Source: a virus. Taken from it: a DNA stretch of 64,000 nt. This document shows positions 19,076 through 29,430 of the stretch, piece by piece. The notes below the pieces were generated by a model. That model made no database searches. It worked only from the letters and a program-made list of their open reading frames with translations, and had not been told where the DNA came from. The DNA is taken from IMG/VR virus record IMGVR_UViG_3300033508_000214, positions 32,022 to 96,021 of that record; one strand, given 5' to 3'. Position numbers and translations under genes: made by a program. Each line of letters opens with the position of its first letter. Within the stretch, counting starts at the first letter, position 1.

Positions 19076-19496
19076 AAATTACCTACTGTTTTGTTGCTAG
19101 TACAGGAGCAACAGTACCTGACCCTAAGTGTAGTATAGGGATTTGCCTAAGATTTCCTAGCAGGTCGGGCGGTAACCTATTCGGAACGAACGGACGATTA
19201 TTACGGTAATCGAAAAAAAGCGGTTGAAACCGCTTTTTCCGATTCAAAAACAAAATTTTTCAATTTCAAACAAAAATAGTTCTCCAAACCTTCAACCCTC
19301 CACCGCGATAATTAAAAAAAACTTTAAAAATTAGCAAAAACCAAGAAAAGCAACGTAACAAGTAACGCTTTTCAGGTTTTATTTATTTTATAAATTTTTT
19401 TTATTATCTTCACCGGGGTCTATCTATATATATGATCTAATTATATCACAAACGCTAGTATAAAATCAAGTTCAATTTTTAGCAAGGTAGTAAAAT

Positions 19497-20339
19497 TCAG
19501 ATTTGGATAAGACATTCACTATAGTTAGAATTATTACCGTAGCCGTATGGATTAGCAATTATTCTAGTGCTACCTATCTTTACATCTACATTATCATGAG
19601 TATGTCCGTGCAAAAATAATGTGTTTTCTAGACTGCTAATCCACTCCGACAAATCATTAGCAAAGTAATCGTTAAGCGTGTTAGGCCCGCTATACTTAGG
19701 GTCAATAGAGATTATTGATGGCAGAAAATGAGTAACAATAACTTTCTTTAGCTTTGTAACCTCATACTGATGCTTGATGTAACCGTAATGCTGATTAAAT
19801 AGATTACTGCAATCATTAGGCGTGAACCTACGGTCGTCAAACTCGATAAGCTTGAAGTCATTGATACCTATAGCTGCATGAGATTTACTAAACTCGTTAT
19901 TACGAAAGTTAGTCCATAGCGGTGCCCCTATAAAGGCAACCGCATTACTAATAGGCTTCACCCTAAGTTGAGCGACTTTAGCTAGCTTAGAATCATCAAT
20001 CTCTAGCTCATACTTAGTAGGCACCGTATCCTGTAGCTGCTTGCTAATAGGATTGTAGTAAGCTGTGCCTGGGTTAAGAAACTTGATTGATGTATGCTTA
20101 GACCAATCTTCTAGCTTTTTATTAAAGTCTTGGTAGTTTTGCTTATAGTACTCATGATTACCTGGAATGTAAACAATATTAGGCTGATGCTCCGCAAAAT
20201 GCTTTAGCGTAGTCCAAACATTATTAGCCCCTACATGTAGATCACCAGCGATTACTAGAACATCTTCGCCTTGAGACTTATAGAGTGCTTTGTCGAAGCT
20301 GTATTCAGCGTGTAGATCAGATATTAAACGCACAATCAT
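19497..20339 (-). CDS. Calcineurin-like metallophosphoesterase
   Basis: SDLH, AGD, GNHE, THF, HGHTH. Confidence 0.9.
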   Translation of the reverse strand: MIVRLISDLHAEYSFDKALYKSQGEDVLVIAGDLHVGANNVWTTLKHFAEHQPNIVYIPGNHEYYKQNYQDFNKKLEDWSKHTSIKFLNPGTAYYNPISKQLQDTVPTKYELEIDDSKLAKVAQLRVKPISNAVAFIGAPLWTNFRNNEFSKSHAAIGINDFKLIEFDDRRFTPNDCSNLFNQHYGYIKHQYEVTKLKKVIVTHFLPSIISIDPKYSGPNTLNDYFANDLSEWISSLENTLFLHGHTHDNVDVKIGSTRIIANPYGYGNNSNYSECLIQI

Positions 20340-20445
20340 ATTAGTAATGTACCCATAACAAAAGCAATCTTAGCTGCTTGATATAAAAATCCAATTGTAA
20401 AGCTAACAACTATAGTAATAGTTGTTATTAGCACAAATTCTTTAA

Positions 20446-20745
20446 TTAATTCCATGCTAATTCCATTGCAAATTGGCAGCCCGCGCCTCCCAGCTGCATA
20501 TAACGAATACTAAAATCAAAGTATTCGCTTAGAATAGATAGAAGCTCATTCATAACATACTCATCTAGCGTACACTTTTGATCGTTAATAATTAGTGTAC
20601 ATTCGTCCTCAACAATATCAAAAGTATGCCTAACTCCTAGTTTGATTAGATTACTAGATAGTTCGTCAAATTCATCTTTAAAATCTGACTGATCACAGTC
20701 CCTTTTATATGATGATACAATTTGTTTAGGTATAATTAGTTTCAT
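20446..20745 (-). CDS. Hypothetical protein
   Basis: ORF in a minus-strand operon. Confidence 0.55.
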   Translation of the reverse strand: MKLIIPKQIVSSYKRDCDQSDFKDEFDELSSNLIKLGVRHTFDIVEDECTLIINDQKCTLDEYVMNELLSILSEYFDFSIRYMQLGGAGCQFAMELAWN

Positions 20746-21087
20746 TTAGATGTCCATCCATTTAATATCATAACCAGCTGACTCACGATTAACAATCCAC
20801 TCTTCTAGCTCTTTAATATGCTCTAAAGAGTAGTTATGTTCAACTACTCCAATAGGTTCATTAACTTCCCAAGTATCCCCTTCTGCATATACAAGTTCTT
20901 CTACTTTAGAATCAAGTTTCCTAATCCAGTTAACATAGAACTCTTTAGTATCATTACTTGATAGAGCATTGTAAGTAACATCAGAAGGCGTACTCCAAAG
21001 ATCAAAACTATATGTTTGCTGATCCTTAGCTCCGGTTCTATCCACAGTAATGTTTCTAGTGGCTAAAATCATTAGATTAATACTCAT
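20746..21087 (-). CDS. Hypothetical protein
   Basis: AGGA SD and upstream promoter. Confidence 0.6.
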   Translation of the reverse strand: MSINLMILATRNITVDRTGAKDQQTYSFDLWSTPSDVTYNALSSNDTKEFYVNWIRKLDSKVEELVYAEGDTWEVNEPIGVVEHNYSLEHIKELEEWIVNRESAGYDIKWMDI

Positions 21088-21172
21088 TACATTTCCTTTT
21101 AAAGATTAATTATAACATAAATGCAAAAGGGCTTGCAACGGCATAATTTTTAGCGTTGCAAGCCCTTTAGGG

Positions 21173-21814
21173 TTAAATAGGAAAAAATGCTTCCATAGTA
21201 ATAGGAGCAACGACCCTAAGTTGAGAAATTATATCTTCCGCTAACTCTCTATGTTCTTTTTGTGTAGTAGGATGTAATCGTTGTTTTAGATAGAATACCC
21301 ATGAACGGATATTACCATTCATGTACATCCTACTCATAGTATTACCCTCAGGTAAGATAGCCCTAGCCTGTTCCTTAGCAATACCTTTACTAAGCGCTTC
21401 CTTATACGCTAGAGTTACTTCCCTAATAACCATATCTTGAGTTTCTTGCCACCAAGTATTAAGCTCTGAGTCTTCTACTTCAATAGAAGACTGCCTATTA
21501 GTTGTATCTTGTAACCTACATTCTCTAGTAAGAAACCCACCAAGTTTTGTTACATCCTGATACCTCTGTGAAAACTCTTGAAAAGAGAAAGACCTATGCC
21601 GTAGTATCTGCCTACCAATATCTCTAGTAGTATTGATCTCCATAGTTACATTAGCCATTTCAAAGGGTGACACGTGCCCCTCTCGCATCATATACTGTAG
21701 TAACCCCAGGATATTTGGGTTACTCTGATTGCTAGGATTAGATACCCTAGCAATATACGAGATAGTATTATCAATATCTGGTGTAGCCCAGATAACTTTT
21801 GCTGCATTAGTCAT
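21173..21814 (-). CDS. thyX: FAD-dependent thymidylate synthase
   Basis: GHVSPFE, RHRSFSFQEFSQRY (RHRx7S), EQARAILP. Confidence 0.95.
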   Translation of the reverse strand: MTNAAKVIWATPDIDNTISYIARVSNPSNQSNPNILGLLQYMMREGHVSPFEMANVTMEINTTRDIGRQILRHRSFSFQEFSQRYQDVTKLGGFLTRECRLQDTTNRQSSIEVEDSELNTWWQETQDMVIREVTLAYKEALSKGIAKEQARAILPEGNTMSRMYMNGNIRSWVFYLKQRLHPTTQKEHRELAEDIISQLRVVAPITMEAFFPI

Positions 21815-22372
21815 ATTTACTAGTAATGGTAATAGTTGGATTATCTTCTTCAAACGCTACACCTAGGGTACATTCTTCCGGTGTAAGTGCGTAACCTATC
21901 TCGCTAGCTTGAAACTCATTAAATGCTTCTAGCATTTTAAAAACACTATACTCATATACACCTTTTCCTAGACGGGTGTGAGATACTAATGCGTGAATAG
22001 CTTCTAAATCAGTAAAATTAAGTCCAGTTAACTTAAAAAGCCCATTCTTTGTTTGTTTAATCATATTTAATCCAAATATATGCTGCTGTAGCAGCAATAA
22101 TAACAGATCCTAAGTGTAGCAAGTATGAAGGACCACATCTAATCTTAGTTAGTTTTCTAGGCATGGTGGTTCCAATGGTTGCCAATGCAATTCTATAGTT
22201 ATACTATATTGCTGATCATTAATAACCCAAAAGTACTCCCCATAGTTATAGTTAGTATACCCAATAGCAAAAGCCTCATTATAATATACTAGCACAGGCC
22301 TACTCATCTGCCATATTTCTGATACTTCTAGTAAGAGAGGCAGTTTACTAGAAGATTTAATCCATTTTGTTT

Positions 22373-22798
22373 TCATTTATCTAAGTAGAAAGTATGGTTG
22401 CCAATTGTAATCCCTTCTTCTAGACGCTTACTCCAAGAAGGTCTAATTGTTTTAACATGGTAGTGGGTGTATTTAACATCATCACTAGAGTTATAAGCAA
22501 TGATAGAAGCATTAATAGCCTCAAAGTTATACACTATGTTTTTATATCTTTTAGTCCAACTAAACTGGTTCTTCTGATATACAACACCACATATACTACT
22601 AGGATATTTACCACTATATACCCTATTTAATGTTACCTTAGCCACAGTAATTTGTCCTTCCATTGGCTCACCCCTCGCCTCTCTATATACATTAGTAGCC
22701 AAACATTTTAGTTCCTTTTTAGTAGGAATGTTTGGCACATCTAAACTTACTAAATTATTACTAAGCAGCATCAGGCTCAGCACTAGAACCCTCTTCAA
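22373..22798 (-). CDS. SleB-like cell wall hydrolase (Hydrolase_2)
   Basis: CLATNVYREARGE..GQ..V..V.LNRV..YPSSICGVVYQKNQFSW..IGNHTFY; N-terminal signal. Confidence 0.9.
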   Translation of the reverse strand: MKRVLVLSLMLLSNNLVSLDVPNIPTKKELKCLATNVYREARGEPMEGQITVAKVTLNRVYSGKYPSSICGVVYQKNQFSWTKRYKNIVYNFEAINASIIAYNSSDDVKYTHYHVKTIRPSWSKRLEEGITIGNHTFYLDK

Positions 22799-23157
22799 CT
22801 AGAGCTAGGATTGCAGTCTTTACTTGCATCTCCTCCCTCACTAGCTGAATCGAGTCGTTGATCGAATACCCAACTACTTCCCACATCGCTAGCTTTTTGT
22901 CCACCATTGCGTAAACTTTCAATTTCTTTCCTTAGTTGTTTAATTAGTTCAGTTAACTCTTGGTTCTCTTTAGTTAAGTTACAGTTCTGATGCTGATTAG
23001 CCTGAATATTAAAATTATTAGAAGCATTAACTTCATCCATCTGTTTAATAGCTCGTGCAGCCCTTAGCATTAGAGAGGTAGGGGATTTACTTACTAACTC
23101 ACCTTTATCATTAGTCTCTGTTACAGGAGATGTAAGCTCGTTATATAGTTGATTCAC
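22795..23157 (-). CDS. Coiled-coil hypothetical protein
   Basis: ORF with AAGGA SD. Confidence 0.55.
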   Translation of the reverse strand: MNQLYNELTSPVTETNDKGELVSKSPTSLMLRAARAIKQMDEVNASNNFNIQANQHQNCNLTKENQELTELIKQLRKEIESLRNGGQKASDVGSSWVFDQRLDSASEGGDASKDCNPSSS

Positions 23158-23499
23158 AATTATCCTTTATAAAAAATAATTATAACATATTACCAAGCAA
23201 TTAACAAGACAAAATTTCATTAGCTTAGGTTAACTGCGCCAATCACCTGCGTAAAAATGAGCTTGCTAAGGTGTTACGTAAGTGTTATAATAAAAGCTAC
23301 TTTAGGGAATACTTATATGTCAATTTCACATACTTACGTTAAGGAGTTAGAATCTTTAATACTAAACACATTACTACCTTCGTATATTTCGTATCAGCAT
23401 AGCATAGGGAATAAAAACCCTTTAGCAAGTATTAACCAAAGTCTTTTATCTCAAATCCGTGCCAAAAGAGAATTACCGGCACTTCTTAGACCCTATTAA

Positions 23500-23814
23500 A
23501 TGAAAATTGTACACGTTGAAAATCCTGAGTTTGGTCAGGTGCCTATTATTGAACGAAGAATCACTGATGGTAAATCATTATTTATACCAGATGATACTAC
23601 AGCTTTAAAGAAGCAGATTAGTGGTGATCATTATAAGACCCTAGGTATACAGCCTGTAGAGTATATACGTGCTAATAACATTGGTTATTTTGAAGGTAAT
23701 GTTATTAAGTATGTTACTCGTTGGAAGAATAAGAACGGTGTAGCAGACTTGGAGAAGGCTAAGCACTACCTAGAAATGCTTATTGAGTTTGAGAATGAGC
23801 CCACTGTACGCTAA
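23500..23814 (+). CDS. DUF3310 / T7 gp1.7-like protein
   Basis: GDHYK..IQP..YI..GNVIKY..RW..KNG..DLEKA..YL. Confidence 0.8.
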   Translation: MKIVHVENPEFGQVPIIERRITDGKSLFIPDDTTALKKQISGDHYKTLGIQPVEYIRANNIGYFEGNVIKYVTRWKNKNGVADLEKAKHYLEMLIEFENEPTVR

Positions 23815-24079
23815 ACTAACAGCAGCATTACTACACACTAGAGAAGACTTCGCAAGTGTATGCAAGTTAATGGGCGTAGACCCTGAGTTTGCCGACCCTG
23901 CTATGCTAGATGCTATAATGTGTGATAACTGCTCATATTGGGAAACACCAGAACTAGCGCATGTAACTGATGATGATACTGTACTTTGTAGAGCTTGTCA
24001 TATGCTAGAAGACTTAAGGTTTTGAAATATTGTCTTGATTATTTGTTAAAATCATTATATAATTAATCTTTAAACACAA

Positions 24080-24154
24080 CGGCCCTTAGTTCAATGGATA
24101 GAACAGAAAGCTTCTACCTTTCAAGTGCAGTTTCGATTACTGCAGGGCCGGCCA
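24080..24154 (+). tRNA. tRNA-Arg(UCU)
   Basis: Cloverleaf, anticodon TCT, CCA encoded. Confidence 0.9.
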
Positions 24155-24160
24155 TTTTAT

Positions 24161-24235
24161 ATGCTTTTAGTTCAATGGATAGAATAAATTTATCCTAAAG
24201 GTTAGAAATGCGTTCAAATCGCGTAAAGCATACCA
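24161..24235 (+). tRNA. tRNA-Arg(CCU)
   Basis: ATGCTTT/AAAGCAT acceptor, loop ATCCTAA, CCA. Confidence 0.75.
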
Positions 24236-24349
24236 TTACACAAAAAGAGTATCACCAAATACTTTTCGAGCTAGGAATACTAGATGACGAAGAGGATTGG
24301 GAACTATATAAACAGCAAGAAGCTAAATTTAACCAAATACTGGATACAC

Positions 24350-24664
24350 ATGAGCACTTATACACCAGATGCATGGGCACTAATAGAAGTCAATTCTAAA
24401 GAGTACGGAAAGATCAGAAAGATTCTAGCAGGATGGCGAGGTGGGTATCTTGACGGGGATTCTTGGAAGCTAAGTTCAGGAATCCTAAAAGAGTATTCAG
24501 ATGGAGACTTTATTGTATTCCCTCAGGAATCAGGCTCGATCTATCGTTGCCATAAAGACGCACAGAGACTTACAATATATACAGGAAGTATCCTACAACA
24601 ACTAAAAGATAATTTTAAAGATAATCCTGATGTAAGTATTGAGCTTATTGAATATAAATCTTAG
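24350..24664 (+). CDS. Hypothetical protein
   Basis: MSTYTPDAW..GW.GGYL.GDSWKLSSG. Confidence 0.6.
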   Translation: MSTYTPDAWALIEVNSKEYGKIRKILAGWRGGYLDGDSWKLSSGILKEYSDGDFIVFPQESGSIYRCHKDAQRLTIYTGSILQQLKDNFKDNPDVSIELIEYKS

Positions 24665-25218
24665 CTTGATTCGCTTACTAAAACATTGTATAATTATTGC
24701 TTAAACGGAGAATCTAATGCGAACAAGCGGCGAAATGATTTTGAATGTCGATTTACCATATAATGGCTTTTGCGAAATTATATGTACTCAGGTTAAGTAT
24801 TGGGCAGGAGAAGGGCTCCCAACCTTTGAAGGCTCCCTAGCTACAATGAAAGAAGTCTACCCTGTAGAGTTTTCATATCTTCTTAAACGCAAGACTATAC
24901 GGGTTGGAAAAGAATTTTGAGCTTGTATGTTCGGTTAAAGTGTTCTATAATAGATGCTTAAACGGAGAAATTAAAATGGCTTTGGCATATACAAAATCGT
25001 TCTTAGTTGATGCTTTCTTGTGGCGTTATGCTGATGTTCTAGTTAAAGATACCGCTGAAGAAATAGCGTCTTATATTAAAATGGTTAATGACTTCTACGA
25101 CAAGGTAGGAAAAGATAAGTTTCGTATCTGGTGCTCTTTAGACGCAGACGAAATTAAGAGGTATAAAGCTGCAAAAAATGAGCTTGCGCATCCTGTATAA
25201 ATGATGTATAATTATTAC

Positions 25219-25299
25219 TTCTACAGCACATCGCGTACCACCTTTTAGGACGGAATTTAATTCCCAGACCGCTTATTCAGGGCGCACCGTGCTGTAGAA
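25219..25299 (+). ncRNA. Candidate structured ncRNA
   Basis: 11-bp closing stem TTCTACAGCAC/GTGCTGTAGAA starting just after a TTGCGC-N17-TATAAT promoter. Confidence 0.55.
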
Positions 25300-25301
25300 A
25301 C

Positions 25302-25448
25302 TAATAATTTAAGAATAGATAGGCTCACCATTCTTCCTAGACGAAGCCTCGCTGTATGCTTATATACACGCACCGGGTTCTAGTTAGTATGCCGCGAGTA
25401 ACGAATTACATAAGCTCTTTTTCGGTTCTATCTATTCTTAAATTATTA
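25302..25448 (+). ncRNA. Candidate structured ncRNA
   Basis: 21-bp perfect closing stem TAATAATTTAAGAATAGATAG/CTATCTATTCTTAAATTATTA. Confidence 0.6.
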
Positions 25449-25664
25449 ATAAAGTGCCAAGGCTTATTGCCGTAGGCTAGAAATATTCGAATTGCATGCT
25501 TCAGTGCGCTTGCCCAGTAAGCATCAGTAACTACTTAGCTACAAAGTACCTAAGACGGCAAATCTTAGCGAATACGGGTATGCAAAGTTAACCCTGGTTA
25601 AATCTGGTGGCAATATCTGAAACTAGACTAGTAGATATTTCGTTTGACACTTTATTAATAATTT
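25440..25664 (+). ncRNA. Candidate structured ncRNA
   Basis: Closing stem AAATTATTAATAAAGTG.CAA/TTG.CACTTTATTAATAATTT. Confidence 0.6.
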
Positions 25665-25750
25665 GGATGCTTGGGGGAGTGGTTGAACCCATCTGACTGT
25701 AAATCAGACCTGTAAAAAGCGCGTTCGTTCAAATCGAGCAGTATCCACCA
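25665..25750 (+). tRNA. tRNA-Tyr(GUA)
   Basis: TCTGA-CTGTAAA-TCAGA, variable arm, CCA. Confidence 0.9.
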
Positions 25751-25829
25751 TTTAAAGGCGAAAAGGGTTGCTCCATGCCAGTACCGTAAATACTGGCTAG
25801 CCTAGCTTTCTTTTACGGAGAATATTAAA

Positions 25830-26549
25830 ATGACAACAGGAATTTATAAGTTAAACTTTATTGGTACCGATAAAGTTTACATAGGTAAAGGTACCAATAT
25901 AGAAAGCAGACTAGCAAGGCATATTAATTTACTTAAAAATAATTCACATTCTAGGAAGATGAATGCAGCCTACGCAGAGTTTGGCACTCCTATAATGGAG
26001 ATTTTATGCGAATGCTCTATTGAAGAGTTAAATTCATTTGAGAATGAGACTATTGAAATATACAGTTCCGTAAATAACGGGTTTAATACTCTATACTGTG
26101 CAGAAGCTATGCCAGATGGTAGTTTATGCCCAGGAGAACTAAATGGTAGAGCAAAGTATTCTAATATCCAGATTACCGAGGTATTCAATATACTCGTTGA
26201 TAGTCCTACACTACTATACAAAGGGATATCCAGTATAACTGGTGTCTCTATTAATGTGATTGAGGAAATAGCTAGAGGTGCAAGACATAAATAGTTAGCT
26301 ACACTATTTCCAGAAAAGTACACAAAGTTATTTTTATTAAAAAATACCCGTAGATCGAGATCTAGTTCTGCAAAAGCTAAAGCTAAGGGTACTACGTATA
26401 AACAAGTACAGTCTCCGCATGGAGAACTATATACAGTAGATAATATTTATAAGTTTGCTCAAGAACATAGCTTAGACGACTGCAACCTTTGTAAATTATT
26501 AAATGGCAAGGCAAAATCTGTAAAAGGATGGAAATTAAGTATTATATAG
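25830..26549 (+). pseudogene. GIY-YIG homing endonuclease with in-frame TAG at 26292-26294
   Basis: GIY..YIG; after the TAG the frame continues (SPHGE..KFAQEH..KLLNG..GWK), matching the paralog C-termini. Confidence 0.8.
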
Positions 26550-26555
26550 TATAAT

Positions 26556-26630
26556 GTCGCATTAGACTTCTGGTGATGTCCTCAGCCTTTCACGCTGATC
26601 AGAGGGGATCGTAACCCCTATGCGACTCCA
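26556..26630 (+). tRNA. tRNA-Glu(UUC)
   Basis: TCAGC-CTTTCAC-GCTGA, CCA. Confidence 0.9.
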
Positions 26631-26773
26631 AAATCCCTGGGATGGGATAAGACTCAACCAACAGCTAGACAGCCTCTGGGCGAATCGCTGCGGTGCCCAA
26701 CAATGAGCTGAACCTAGCATGGCTTGACTAGGTTCCCATAATTAAACTGATTTTTCTTAGTTAGTTTAATTAT

Positions 26774-26856
26774 GGGCAACTGGCATATACAAATAGGTAC
26801 AGTTTCTCGCCTTAGAAGCGAGGCTTTTCCCGGTTCGAGTCCGGGGTTGCCCACCA
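26774..26856 (+). tRNA. tRNA-Leu(UAG), atypical D-arm, short variable arm
   Basis: GGGCAAC/GTTGCCC, CTCGC-CTTAGAA-GCGAG, canonical T-arm, CCA. Confidence 0.75.
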
Positions 26857-26882
26857 ATTAAACTGAATAATAAACTACCAAT

Positions 26883-26967
26883 GCGAGTATGGGGAAATTG
26901 GCTAGACCCAGGAGACTTAAAATCTCCCGCTTTAAGCATATCAGTTCGAATCTGATTACTCGCACCA
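26883..26967 (+). tRNA. tRNA-Leu(UAA)
   Basis: GGAGA-CTTAAAA-TCTCC, CCA. Confidence 0.92.
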
Positions 26968-27277
26968 AATAACTTAAACTATCATGCGTAAATTATACAA
27001 CACAATCACTCAAATAAGCGTAGGCTCTGAAACAGAAAATCCAGTATTTGGCGAATGCATTCGTGTTAAGCTAGATGACGAATGTGGAGGTATGTTCATT
27101 GTACTAGAACAAGATGGAGAAGATGACAGAACTCATCAAGTTCGTATTTGTTTTGATGAGCTAGTAAACATTAACCATGCTATATCAACTCTAGTTAATC
27201 AGCGTTTGGCAAAATAAATTTATCGGTTATACTTCTTAGGAGAGCAAGATGCAATTGTAAAACTACAGGAGCATAAT

Positions 27278-27592
27278 ATGGCTAGAACTTTTAAAGACAG
27301 TATTAAGAAATACCACTTTAAAGATTTTTGGGCACAAGATCGTATCCAATTAGAAGGATACGGATGCCGTTTAGCAAAAACAACAAAACCTAAGAAACGT
27401 AAAGAAGTAGACACTGAGGATCACTGGATGCGCACACCATCTTGGTGGACACATCTAGTAATGATTAGGCCACAGCGTAGGGCAGGAAAACTTTGGGAAT
27501 CCAAGTTTGTTAATTCTGATATTGATATGTGGGCATTAGAAGAAGCAGATGCTCCAATTGTTAGTAACAAACCTTATATCTACTTCTATTAA
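27278..27592 (+). CDS. Basic hypothetical protein
   Basis: AGGAG SD; 104 aa. Confidence 0.6.
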   Translation: MARTFKDSIKKYHFKDFWAQDRIQLEGYGCRLAKTTKPKKRKEVDTEDHWMRTPSWWTHLVMIRPQRRAGKLWESKFVNSDIDMWALEEADAPIVSNKPYIYFY

Positions 27593-27877
27593 CGTAAATT
27601 CTGTCTTGAATTTCTAACTAAAACATTGTATAATTAATGCTTAAACGGAGAAAACAATGTCTAAAGCACAAGTTATTAAGCGTGTTAATGCAGCCTGCAA
27701 CTTTTGGGCTGATACTTTTAATGAAGATTACTGTGAGTGTCTAAGCTGGGAAGAGGTTCAGGAAACGGATAAAGATAATAAAGAAGTATTATTTATGTTC
27801 AAAAAAGAACTTGGCGCGTGTGGGTATTAAAATTTACACTTGCGCAGCTTTTACCAAAGTGTTATAATTGTTACTTA

Positions 27878-28029
27878 ACGCGATAGAAGGGCACACCGAG
27901 GGGAACCTGCTATAGTTTGCTACATGATTAACTACCATTAGTATATTCTATACAATAAACCGCACGTCGTGCTTTTGATAAAGAGGGTACAGGCTAGAGT
28001 AGTTACCTAGGTTAGGGCCACTTTCGCGT
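27878..28029 (+). ncRNA. Candidate structured ncRNA
   Basis: ACGCGATAG/CTTTCGCGT closing stem directly after a TTGCGC-N17-TATAAT promoter; no ORF. Confidence 0.45.
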
Positions 28030-28089
28030 AGTATTAACTAGCTTGAGGCTAGTACCAGATTGACAGTTCTGGGTTATCAAAAGGTCAAT

Positions 28090-28165
28090 CAGATACTAGC
28101 TCACTTGGTAGAGCGCTAGCTTTGGGAGCTTGAGGCAGAAGGTTCGATCCCTTCGTATCTGACCA
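28090..28165 (+). tRNA. tRNA-Pro(UGG)
   Basis: CAGATAC/GTATCTG, loop TTTGGGA, CCA. Confidence 0.9.
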
Positions 28166-28166
28166 A

Positions 28167-28345
28167 TTAATTTAATACTAATTAGCATCCACTTCGGTGG
28201 GGGCTTTGCGAACCAGAGAAATAAAGGTATTCCGGCTGGTATATCCTTAAAGCGGTTCATCTCTATTGATAGTAGCGTCGAAACCTATGAACCTTAGAGT
28301 ATATAACTAGAGATAGTTATAGGTAGTATATTAGTATTAAATTAA
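28167..28345 (+). ncRNA. Candidate structured ncRNA
   Basis: 16-bp stem TTAATTTAATACTAAT/ATTAGTATTAAATTAA filling the Pro-Ala spacer. Confidence 0.6.
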
Positions 28346-28347
28346 AT

Positions 28348-28419
28348 GGGGTTGTAGTGCTAATGGGAACACACCGGTTTTGCAAATCGGAATTGAGAGT
28401 TCGATCCTCTCCAGCTCCA
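28348..28419 (+). tRNA. tRNA-Ala(UGC), CCA not encoded
   Basis: G3.U70, loop TTTGCAA. Confidence 0.88.
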
Positions 28420-28490
28420 CAAAAATTAACTTGATTTTTCTTTGCTTATGGTGCATAATATACTTATTATGACCAATAGAGTATCGAAAA

Positions 28491-29117
28491 ATGGAAAATT
28501 TTACTAATCAAATAATAAGTAAGCTACAACTAAATCCAGATAAGGTTTCGAGAAAAGCAATTCGTGGATGCAGTGGTTTTACTATTAAAGAACTAATTTA
28601 TAGTATTCTAACGCATACATCGTTAGAAACTGCATCAAATAGTTTAGGATATTCCTCTACTATTTCTATGAAAAAAGCCTTGTCTGAGTATATAACTCCT
28701 TATTTTGAACATCGGCGCGTAGAGTTTGGTTTTGGTGGTACTGGAAAAGGTGTACCTAAAACTTGGAAAGGCGAGCTACTATATTTTATAGGATATAAGG
28801 AATGTACTAGTTGTGCTACAGTTAAACCTATAGATGAGTTTGGTATTAATAATGGTAAAGGTTTACGTTCTGAATGTGGTAATTGCCATACTTTTGATAC
28901 CAAATTACAAAAAATTGATATTAAAAACAGAATACCTACATGGGTAGATATGCGTTCTATAAAGATGTTCTACTCAGCTTGTCCCAAAGGTATGCACGTA
29001 GATCATATTATACCTTTGAGAGGTACTTTAGTATCGGGGCTTCATGTACTAGAGAATTTGCAGTACTTATCTGCAAAAGATAATCTTGCTAAAAATAATA
29101 AGTATGACGTAATATAA
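28491..29117 (+). CDS. HNH homing endonuclease
   Basis: CxxC..CxxC; [17 protein letters not shown]...DN. Confidence 0.88.
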   Translation: MENFTNQIISKLQLNPDKVSRKAIRGCSGFTIKELIYSILTHTSLETASNSLGYSSTISMKKALSEYITPYFEHRRVEFGFGGTGKGVPKTWKGELLYFIGYKECTSCATVKPIDEFGINNGKGLRSECGNCHTFDTKLQKIDIKNRIPTWVDMRSIKMFYSACPKGMHVDHIIPLRGTLVSGLHVLENLQYLSAKDNLAKNNKYDVI

Positions 29118-29326
29118 GGGTTTCTATGTTTAATCAAATTTCTAAAAGTAATACATCCACCTAGCATACCCTTATTCCCTATTGAATAAGGGGCTTCTGC
29201 CCCATTTTCTTTTGCCTGCTGATAGCATTAGGTTCAGACTAGGTATAGCTAGATCACTTATACTACCCACATCCATGCAAGGTCGCTACTTGTATATGTA
29301 GATGTTCCGCGACATTTGTACCCGGA

Positions 29327-29430
29327 TAACATATGCTAGTATTCTGCCTAGTCTTATACACTAGGTTCCTACATTGATCTGTATAAGGGATTAATACGGA
29401 GTAGATTGAAGAGAATGCTGGCATATGTTA
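29327..29430 (+). ncRNA. Candidate pseudoknotted ncRNA
   Basis: 19-bp closing stem; inner CCTAGT/ACTAGG hairpin whose loop CTTATAC can pair with GTATAAG. Confidence 0.55.

Noticed and set aside
26633-26735. tRNA-associated theta/HDV-like ribozyme after tRNA-Glu
   Set aside because: The segment is GC-rich and structured, but I could not build the nested double pseudoknot by eye.
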